64,000 nucleotides of DNA from Marsupella aquatica (taxonomy: Eukaryota; Plantae; Marchantiophyta): assembly GCA_973895155.1 (NCBI GenBank), contig OZ316896.1:17782754-17846753 (forward strand), read 5' to 3'. Below the pieces are notes generated by a model, which saw only the letters and a program-made list of their open reading frames with translations, was not told the origin of the DNA and searched no databases. Below are positions 50,470 through 60,680 of the stretch, in pieces. The first letter of the stretch is position 1. The number at the start of each line of letters is the position of its first letter. The translations under genes and the position numbers were made by a program.

Positions 50470-50828
50470 TTGGGCGCCACAACACTTTTCTCTTAGCAAC
50501 ATCTTGCGGGACACGACATCTGTTTTCTTAACGATATCTTGGGCGCCACAACATGGTTATTTTAACTACATTTTGGGCAACATATGTTTTCTTACCGACA
50601 TCTTTTGTGGAACGCACAGGTATTTCCCCTCAACGATGTCTTGGCTGAGACGACATCTTTTCCCTCAACAATGTCTATATCAACATGACATCTTTTTTTT
50701 CAACAATATCTTGACCGACAATATATACTTTCTCTCAACAACCTATTGGCCAACTCGACATACTTTTTTCTCTACGGCATCTTGACCGACACGATTTCTT
50801 TTATGCAACGCATGGGTATTGAGCTATG
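50470..50828 (+). repeat. Minisatellite block ending in a Helitron-like 3' terminus
   Basis: Reverse-complement homolog of 11507-12300. It ends ATGC-AAC-GCAT (hairpin) followed by GGGTATTGAGCTAT. Confidence 0.6.
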
Positions 50829-50946
50829 AAAAAATAATATTGGGTAGGGTGGCCACGAGCAGCTGCGGGCTAGAGGCCACCATCATCGGTTTGGATAGCC
50901 GCAGATCTGCACAGCTTGTTCATTAGATCCACTCCTGCATACAGAG

Positions 50947-50957
50947 TTTATATATAG
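50947..50957 (+). promoter_or_regulatory. Candidate TATA box of NLR copy 3
   Basis: TTTATATATAG precedes a block (gtggatcgcctc...gtgagt) that is conserved upstream of copies 1 (about 14850) and 4 (about 62555) and looks like a 5' UTR exon. Confidence 0.4.
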
Positions 50958-52421
50958 CAGCGGAGTTCGCAAAATCCCGAAGCAAAGTCCAGTGGATCGC
51001 CTCTTCTCTCAGCAGGTTCAGCGCTGTCATCCGTCCGTCACCTCCATTTGTCAATGAGTGAGTGTTCCTGGGATGGGCGCCTTTCTACCTAAGTGATGGT
51101 TTGATGTTAATGACCCTCATTGATGGCTCTATCGAATCACACCCTTGTTTCGTCTCTTACCTATTTAGCAAAATTTAGCTCATTAGCATCTGTCTTAATT
51201 AAGATCATGTAACTTTAGTTCCCTTTGCTTATGTTTTGGTTTTTTTGGGCTCTATTACGTATATATCTATTACGTTCTCCGCATGATTTCCCCTCCACCG
51301 AATCCTTGCTCCCGCCATAACTCATTGATTGCTCTGAAATCAAGAGCTCAACCCTTGTTTCGTCACTTCTCTATTTAGCAAAATCTAGCTCATTTTATAT
51401 TCTTTAGCTTCGTTGAGACGTAACTTACATATCTGCACTTTCGGAGTCGCAAACCCCTCGTGAATTTTTTTCTTTGTATATGTGTACTAGGTTATGAGGC
51501 ATTACCCCCAGGTGAAGTCACGGAACCCCTGGGCCAGCCTGGCCTGGGGATTATGAAATTTGTATGAGAAATAGGGTAAGTGCAACTGGCAGATAGTGAC
51601 GGATCACCCTTTTACTATATAAAACTGAACTGAATGATAGTGACGGATCACCCTTTTACTATATAAAACTGAACTGAATGTTGAGTAAAAATTCACTCAC
51701 TCGGTAACTCATCCTCACTTGGGGATAATGGATCTAACCCCCTCGGGCTCAGCGCCCTCTGGGATTACATACCATTACCCCCTCTTGGGGATGGGTTACC
51801 CTACACGTTTCTTCCGGCTTATGTTCTTTCCGTGACTTCCCTCGACCGAATCCTTGCTCCACCCGCGACAGTGATGAAGTGTAGCAGTTATGTGGAGTTC
51901 TAGATCATGGGGAATTTGTAGCCATTCTTGAAAGCAGAATGTACAAGGACAGATTAGGAAGGCATCGCTAGCTTTCTTGCCCATGCCACAAATCCGCCCG
52001 TCCTGCTATTGTTTCCAGGAACTTCTACACACTATCCCCAATCAGAGGCATCGAAATAGCAACAGGACAATTAGCCACCACAATTAAATTCCAGTACGAT
52101 TTCCTCTTTAGATTGCAAAATGTTACCCACATCCCCCGATTTTGGGGCTGTCAATATATGCGCAGGTCTGAGCACTCGGGCGAATTCTCTCACATCAGAC
52201 GTGCTCAAGTCAATGCAAGCTGATGCGGAGCCTAGCTACTATTGGTTTCTATCTGGGCATCCCTTTCGTTCTTGCCGGCCATGATTAATTTGTGTAATTG
52301 AATGTTTGTAGCTACCCAAGCATTTTGAGGCTCGGCACAGCACGTACGTCCACTCTGGAGATAACTGCAAAATTGATGTCTAGTTACCAGAACAAGTTTC
52401 CAGCAATTCTAAGCCATCGCT

Positions 52422-55400
52422 ATGGCTCAAAGGGCCTCTTCTAGTCGCACCAATAACACAATTACTCAGGTATCTTACGGCACTGACCTCGACCTGAACC
52501 TGTTTGGAAAATGCCCGTTCCGTTTAGAGATTGATACTTTGGACAGTTTGCAATGATCATGAGTATTTTAGTTTTTGGAGTTTTCAGGTTTTATCCAATC
52601 TATACAGCTAATTTCTATGCCTACCCGTTGGCGTGCTTGGGTTTTACAGCTTAATGAATCTCTCTTTGAACTTTACAAACCGAAAGGCCGTGCTAGCATG
52701 GTGGTCTTGTTTTTTCACGGCTTTCAGCATGGAAATTATGAAAATGCCTATTTGTCAACATGGACAACTGACGATGGACGAGAGGATGGATCATCCACAT
52801 GGCCCCAGACTTGGTTGGTTGATGACGACCAGTACCCCGATGCTCACATCCTTTCTGTTGAGTATAATGCGAGCTTGATGAAAAGCAACCAAGAAGGAAG
52901 CTCTGACCTCTACGTCATAGGGGAAAATATTATTTCTGATTTGCTAGAGGCAAATATTGCGCAAGATCCCCACTGTCCCATAGTATTGGTAGGACACAGT
53001 TTTGGGGGCCTTGTAGTGAAGGAACTGTGTGTTCAAGCACATAAGAGAGGCAGCATGGGTAGCTCCAAGCACAAAACCTTTCTGGAAAATATCAAGGGGG
53101 TATTTTTCTACTCCACCCCTCATCATGGGATTTCAGGAGAAATTTCCGAGTATTTTGTGAGCAAAACAAATGAACCCTTGTTGAAATATGTGAAAGTCCT
53201 GAGTACTTCTGCAGCAAGATTGCATGAAGATTTTGAAAAGGTACGAAAGCAGTGCGCTTGGCAGACGGCAGGAGTAGGAGAAGGTTTACCTACCCATCTG
53301 GTACGGGGCATTCACTCTCAATCTTATGAAATGAAAATATATTGAAAATCTCTGACAGCTTCCAATTATTTGTAAAGCAAATCAATGATAAGATATTACT
53401 TATAGACGGTAAACATTTTCTCGATTGTTGACTAATTTGTTTCAGTTCATTCCATAGAACTGATAGAAGAAGGAAATGCGCAGTAACAGTCTCATTTCTA
53501 TGGATACCACCTAGTTTAGTACTAAGTCATCCAAGTAGCATATAAGGGAGTTGATCAAGAGTAATTTGTGTGAAGGATATTGTAGATGCTTCATTCATTG
53601 GATCGTCACTTGCTTGTTTGCTTGTATGTGCGCAGAGCACATTTAAAACAGCGGTAATTGTACAGGAGGGATCGTCAAGATATGGAGACACCTTTGTTAT
53701 CGTGCCAGAGGCTGATCACATATCAATCTGTCGGCCAAAATCAAAAATCTCAAGAACATTCAAGTCCTTGTCCAGCTTCCTGCGTGGAGTTTCCATTACT
53801 TGGAAGGTGAAGTCAAATTGTCGCTCATATTTTTGGCGTACTTAATACAGAAGGTAGTGCTATGTCGCTTTGTGTCCACCGGTGCTTATTTGAGATTTGC
53901 TTTGTATTCATTGTTGAATTACAGAGACCAGTCCGGCCTCAGAACCGTCAATCTTTACCCAAATCAACGATTGGTATTGATAATGTCATGAAAGAACTGA
54001 AACACAAGCTTGAGACGGTCACCAGTTTGGGCCTGGCAGGCATGGGAGGGATTGGAAAGACAACCATGGCCAAGGCGTTATTCAATGATATTGAGCATCT
54101 TTACGGGTACACCTGTTTCGTTGGGAATGTGAAGAATTTTGAACAGGAGGTTGAGGATATCGTCTTAAAGGAAATGCATCATATGGGAAGGAGGTTAGCA
54201 GAGAAGCATGGTGGGTTAGAGTTCTTGGAGGGGAAACAGTTATTGTTGGTACTGGATGATGTTGCTGCAAAAAAACAGACTGCCATATTGTCTACCTTGA
54301 TTCGTGACATTGGTGTCCATGTAGATAGTCGCTTTGTTGTAACATCGAGAGATTGCGAACTTCTAGATCAATGCTTGGAGGCAGTGCACAGCATTCCCTT
54401 TCTAAGCCAAGGAGACGCGAGGAAACTTTTGTTAGCCCATGCTTTCAGGCAAGAAGCTTCTCCTTTATTTGAGGAACACATAGACATTGTTGTGAAAAAG
54501 TGCGGCGGGCTGGCTTTGACTCTGGAAGTCATAGGGGAGCATCTGTATAAAAAACCTCTGCCTATATGGAAGGAAGCTGTCACTATACTAGAGAGGGCAG
54601 ATGCTGTGCGCGGATTTGACGAAAAGTTGTGGAGTAAGCTTCGGATAAGTTTTGATGGTTTGGATCTTGAGGAGAAACACGTGTTTTTGGATTGTGCGAC
54701 AGTATTCTATTTGCAACCTCTAGATAGGGCAAAGATAGCATGGAGCGTCACCACAAATGGGCTTCAAGAGACACTGTGGCAACATCTTGTCGACTTATCG
54801 TTGGTCTGCGAACTTCCTTCGGGAGAATATCAAAGTTGTTGTGGCATGCATGACCAACTTTTGAGCCTTGGGAGGAAAATAGCATCAAATGAAGTGGAAT
54901 ATGGCCTCAGGATGTGGGATCACCCGAGAAGGGCCTTCCTTTTGTTATCGCCAGATAATTCCATTGACAATGATGTGAAGGTGAGTTTGAAGAGTATGGT
55001 CTTTATCTGAGAATTTCCATGCACTGCATCCAAGAATTGCCCAGGGGTTTGTATCTTGGCCATTATTGAATGCTGCATGGTGTAGACCAAGGAAGGTCTC
55101 CCATGCTGTTGAATTTTCTCAAGACGTCACTGATATTGAGGAATATTCCACTTTGATCATGGACAGGGCTACGTGTAGCAATTGGGTTTTGAAACTAAGA
55201 ATGACTTGTGAGTTGGAATTTGTAGGACATTACTGCTATCAATGTGGATGGACGAGCACAAGGACATTTAAGTAATGACAAGGTTTGTTGGTGGCATTTT
55301 GAAAAAGATAATATGGTCAGTGGAAACGTTATAAGACAAGACTTCTATTGATGGATCTTAGAACTAAATGGATACTTGTGATTTCCTTTTTGATAGTAAG

Positions 55401-57879
55401 GTACTCAACGAAGAGCCCATTTGGTGTGAATGTATAAATGTTCAAACTGCACGAAAACAGTCATGACCTTTGCAAAATATATATTTTGACCAATGTTAGA
55501 AAGTTTGTGAAAACCGGATGCGAGATATCGAATGGTAATTCTGTATTGCTTTGGTTTTAGTTTCCAGTAGTTTCACTACATTCCAAGTCTAGGAAATCAT
55601 CTGTATGCTAAAGGCAATTTGCTGCAGCAGATGCAACTTCAGAAGGTCAGGATATTTAAAAACTGTTTCATAGCTGGTCGGCTGTAACTCTTAACCTTGA
55701 ATTTTTCTACTTTGTTCAGGAAAGTATCACTCCCGTTAATACTGGGGACGCCAAAAACAGAACTCTATCAGAAAACTCAACAGCAGAGACTTCCACCAGG
55801 GTTGTCCACAAGTATATAACTTGTGACGAGTGTTTAATGAGACCCATAAAGGGCCCGAGATTCAAGTCTATGGTACAATATGACTATGATTTGTGTGGCG
55901 GGTGTTTCGAGAAGGGCGGTCACAGAAAAGACGAGTATGTTCGTGTTGATCTACCTATTGTAAGTAACCGCAAAGCAACTGATCGACCTCTTGAAAGAAT
56001 TAAAGATATTTTTAATGAGCATTTCATCTGCTCACACACAACTTTAATTATGGAAGGTACGTTTGGCTGGACGCAAACACAGCATTCCCGTTGGAATATT
56101 AGAGTGTATTGAAACCGAGTGCATGATCCACATTATGGAACACATGCCATAATTGAGCTAGATGTGGATGAACAAATGATATAGAAAGTATACAAGTCAG
56201 TAAAAGTGATTTCATTAAAAGAGGTTGAAGGAAGATCAGATAGCTCTACAGTAGCACCAACATGTCAGACCTCTGACATGCCTGCACTGGATGTTTTGAA
56301 ATGAATTTGCGTACAATGGTGGAAATTTTGATCCATAGTAGCCCATCGTAGCCTTTGCTAATGTAGCGTGCTCCCCCGAGGCATCTGGAGTGTTGAGGCT
56401 GTCCTATTGTCCCAAGGATATCTGACTAAAGAGGAGATGAAAGTGGTTACATTTAGAAACAAATTCTAAGACGCTTGTAGAGGAATGAGCACAAGAATAT
56501 TTTCTATTGGGTTATTTAGATTACATGGGGATGAAATACAAATTGACTTTTGAGTTGGGATTTGTAGGATTTTCGGGCTATTTATGTCGGCGGAGGAGCA
56601 CATTTCCAATCACATTGTGATAAGGTTTGTTTGTTCCCTTGTGTTGACTAAGGGAAACCTGGGGCATTCTGAGGTTTGTTGGTGAGATTTTGGAAAAGTT
56701 ATTGTGGAAAAGCACTCTAACCTAGACTTTAGTATAGATGAGTATATAGAACTAAATGTGTATTTGAGATTTTTTTTTTTTTCCTCAGATGGTCCAACAT
56801 GAAGAGCTACAGTAGTTTGGTACAAATGTTCAAAACCTCTTACTTTAAGCTAAAAATAATAAAATCTTCTGAAGAGATGGAACCTTATCAGGATAACAAA
56901 AGTGTTTTCTCGAAATTTCTGGAAATTATTTGTTGATTCATAGTATGACCGAATGCTAGAAAGTTTGTACTATCGGAGGACATATCTGTAAATTTGAGGT
57001 TGTCCATGTGTCTCCCAAAGGTACACTCTAAACAAAGTCTTAGAAGTAGAGGACCAAGTACAAGCAAATTTAAAACTGAATCATGTTCAGGATATATTAA
57101 TTCAAAGCTGCAGCCTTCGTTACTTACACTGACAGTAGTTAAGCCAATTGCAAATTATGAGAGAAACTAACCTGTTGTTTGGTGCCGTCGATGCCATTTG
57201 GTAGGACTTGCCCTCCGTTGAAGGAAGCACATTCTGCAAAATGCCAAATCTGAGATATCTGGAGTTGTCCTTCTTAACCATTGATCTAACCCATGGTGCA
57301 ACACTGCCGTCGACACTCGTCTCCCTTCGGATGTATGGGGTGCAGTTTTCTGTCTTTCCTTTCCGCCCAAGCGACCATGAGAGGATGGCCCTTCTGCACA
57401 TATGGGATTGTCCTGGACTTCGTGCCCTTCCCACTACTTTTGGCCGACTCTCATCCCTTCAACATTTAGGTATTTCTGGGGCTCCTAAATTGAAGAGCTT
57501 GCCTGACTCGCTTGGGAGTTTGCGAAAGCTGGCGTATCTATGGTTGGACGATTGTGATAGTCTAGCGGAGTTACCGCAAACATTTGGCCAACTGGTAGCT
57601 TTGGAAAATATATACATACGTGACTGCGAAGCTCTATCAGCCTTGCCAAAGTCGTTTGGATATTTACGAAATCTCAAAAATCTGACTATCGTGGGCTGCC
57701 ATCGTCTTCACACGCTTCCCGATACGTTCCTGGAGCTTCAAGGATTGGAGAGGCTAATACTATGGAGTACATTTTTGCAGAGCATTCCCAACTTGGAGAA
57801 TCTTAGGTCATTGAAACATCTCCGTGTATATCAGGATGCTCCTGATGTTGACATCCGATTTGATGCGTTGGAAGGCTGA
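52422..57879 (+). CDS. Intact alpha/beta-hydrolase-NB-ARC-ZZ-LRR immune receptor (NLR copy 3, about 984 aa)
   Basis: All exons are phase 0 and lack internal stops: 52422-52469, 52650-53300, 53636-53806, 53925-54980, 55226-55282, 55720-55959 (ZZ), 56568-56624 and 57205-57879. Motifs: GHSFGG, ADHISIC, GMGGIGKTT, LLVLDDV, GLAL, MHDQL and about 8 LRRs. Confidence 0.9.
55720..55959 (+). CDS. ZZ zinc-finger exon of NLR copy 3
   Basis: Bounded by ttcag| and |gtaagt, 240 nt. Translates in part as VVHKYITCDECLMRPIKGPRFKSMVQYDYDLCGGCFEKGGHRKDEYVRVDLPI. Confidence 0.88.
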
Positions 57880-59819
57880 GAGCGAAGCTCGTGAGGTTGA
57901 GGAGGAAACTGGTCATGAAGAAAGTTGAGCTCTTGCAGACAAATATTTGTTCAACGCCCATTTCTCTACAGCCCCACCGTGTCGGTTGACGCAAGAAGGG
58001 AAGGCTATCGTCCACAAGTAATCTTCTACGAGCGAGCATGACTCTAGCTAGTCTCATCCTAATTGAAAGTGCCACAACTGAAACACCTGCGAGGGAGAAC
58101 CGTCTGGTCTCTGGAGTATGGTGACAATTTGTCGACTCCTTCCTAGACAGCATATTGTTCAGTGGATCTAGACATGTGAGATGAAGCACAGTAGAATTGG
58201 AACTCTCGCGGAGCAGTGTTGAGTTATATCCGCATTGCACATGATCACCTGAATCCATGGGCTTGGGAAAGAATTACATGGAGGGATACGTCCAGGTAAA
58301 TGTGCAATCTCGCCATAGTCAAGCTTGAGTACTGTAAATTTGATTTCATTGTAGTGTGCCCAAGCCACATGGTTATGCTTTGGATCTTATTCACATTTGG
58401 AATGTTCTGTGCATCCAAGGTCTGACTTCAATGTGCTCTGTACACTGGGCGCAGATCTCCGCCTGAGTAGGTACTGGCACATGCTGATCCCAAATGCGTA
58501 CTCGATGGAGGAAACATCTGGCAAGGAGTCATGGGAACTATACAATTTTCTCCACTGGTCCGAGGAGGCTGGGGTGCTTCGGGACGAGCTTTAGGTTACC
58601 ATTCAATTCGGGGCGACGATGGACGGACGGGAAACGTGACTAGCAGCGCTAGGGTGGTACGTTAGCTAGCTTCGGTGTAATTTGCACACCAGATCATGCT
58701 GATCGAATCAGATGACTGGCTCAGTTGAAGGACGTTCTGTAGACTACTTGTTTTCTTTTCCAAGGGCTTTCTTAAGGTTGCACTATTCTTCATCGCAATT
58801 TGCATGATATGCTGCACTTTGGTCTTCAAGATGATCGGGATCGTTCAAAGACATGTTTACAATTTCTGGCCATTCATGAACAACTTTCTTTCGTGCGATG
58901 ACCTGTGTAAATGAATGCCTGTAGATAGTCATTCTCCCAATAAGCATATGCGATCTGAATTACTGCAAACCGGTCACTTGAATCTATAAGCTTGTCCGAG
59001 GTATAGGATCAGGGCACCTCTTCTCGTTCATCCGAGCACTGAAGACTTCCAACGAAAGTAAGCAAATTCTTTGTAATCTGTCATTCTGCGCATTGATTAC
59101 TTAGTCTTTATCCCAGCGAACGCTTAGATTTGGATCCACAAAATTGTCTGACCTCTTTGCTGTCTCACTCCTTGGGATGAACATCCTCGCGAATTTGAAA
59201 AGCGTCTGGACTTCTCATTAATTTTGTGCGCATCGACGATGGATCTTAGTCTCAACAATAACAAGCTTTTCGCTTAGTCTTGGGTAAACACCATTCTAGA
59301 TAAGTGTCGATTTGGTGCAAGAGTTGAAGGATTGGAAATGATTTTGAACCTCATTGATTGCTCTGCAAGAGTTTGGATCAAGCTCCTGTTTCCTCACATC
59401 TATTCACATATCTATTACTGAAATAAAATCTAGGTCAGATTCATTCGCTGCATATAAATTTAAATGTCCCTCACGTCTATTGTCCAATATTGTTCCCTAT
59501 TGCCCTTCAACCTAATCCTTGCTCCAGTTGTAACCTTGATCCAATCTAGCGATATGCAATTCTAGATGATGGATCTGTTCCATGGTTTGAAGACAGAATG
59601 GACGTGGACAGATCAGTAAAGCATCGCTAGCTTGCACACGAATCCCCCTGTTCTTCCATTCTTCGATCTAAGTATACACTGGCGTTCGTGAGCCTATGAG
59701 ACGGACACATCCATTTGGCTAGTTATTTGTAAGGTCATTCAAATACATTGAAATTGATGCGGCTTTAAAGTACCACGAGGGTCCAGTTACACAATGACAC
59801 ACAAATTAGCAAACTCCCT

Positions 59820-60497
59820 AGAACGAATGGATCCACTGATGGCAATGGGAATCCAGGTATTTTTGAGAATTGAGGAAGAAATGGATATGGGATGTCAGGG
59901 AAAGGCGAATGGATCTACCAGAGTAGACAACAGCAAGGGAGGTCTGTAGTTTACCTCGTTTTAGTTCATTTTAGACGAAGCGTTAGTTGCTATATGCCAT
60001 CCAAATTGTCGGCTGCTTTTAATAATAAGTATTCCAAGATGCTTTGCAATTTTGCAGAGTCTGTAGAGTTTCTGGTACTTAAACTTTTGATACAGTTATC
60101 AAAAACGCTTCTTGTTGCATGTTGTCGTGAGATTGAATGGTTGAACAGTCATTGATGAGGCAGCAGAGGACCACTATATGGCTCTGGGCAGTGAACCAAA
60201 CAAGAAAATCAAGTCATAGACGTCCTGGATCAACTTCTACATTAAGGTATGGTTCGACAGCTCTTGGAATTGTATTCTTTTGAAACTACACTTCTCTTTT
60301 GACACTCGTGCGCGTTATGAATTTTGCAGCACTTAGTTTAAAAAAAATCTAAATGCATCTAATGTATTTGGAACACTGAATAACAATTTTGCAACGGCTG
60401 ACATTAATGCTGGATAATACCAAGAATTTTAGAAGATCTGGCTAACCTTTGAATTTCATCTGCGAACAGATAATGTCAGCATCAAGCTTCTTCAACA
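59820..60497 (+). pseudogene. Degenerate duplicate of the 3' end (last two exons and 3' region) of the 3903-8822 gene
   Basis: atggatatgggatgtcaggg..agacaacagcaagg and gcagaggaccactat..ggctctgggcagt..aaacaagaaaatcaagtca match 8474-8775. The intron is retained. Confidence 0.85.
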
Positions 60498-60501
60498 CCC
60501 G

Positions 60502-60680
60502 CTAAGGAGGAAGCTTTGACCTCTACGTTATAAGGGAAAATATATTTCAGATTTGCTGGAGGCAAATATTGCTTAAGATCCCCACTGTCCCGTAATATTG
60601 GTAGGACACAGTTTTGGGGGCCTCGTGGTAAAGGAACTCTGTGTGCAGGCACATAAGAGAGGCAGCATGGGGTAGCACTA
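60502..60680 (+). pseudogene. Fragment of the NLR hydrolase exon
   Basis: Matches the FDLY.IGENIISDLLEANIAQDPHCP.LVGHSFGGLVVKELCVQAHKRGSMG coding DNA, with indels and a stop. Confidence 0.85.

Larger units (their letters stand above)
36040..50828. mobile_element. Large composite DNA transposon with a Sola-like transposase and cargo genes, flanked by Helitron-type minisatellite blocks; boundaries approximate
   Basis: Sequence at 35935-36000 and at 50870-50930 is nearly contiguous in the paralogous NLR upstream region (62350-62500), so the intervening roughly 14.8 kb is an insertion. It contains divergent genes, AT-rich ends and related repeat blocks at 36900-37630 and 50300-50827. Confidence 0.7.

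Noticed and set aside
58397-58700. GC-richer segment, possible gene fragment
   Set aside because: Stops occur in most frames and I could not support any identifiable motif.
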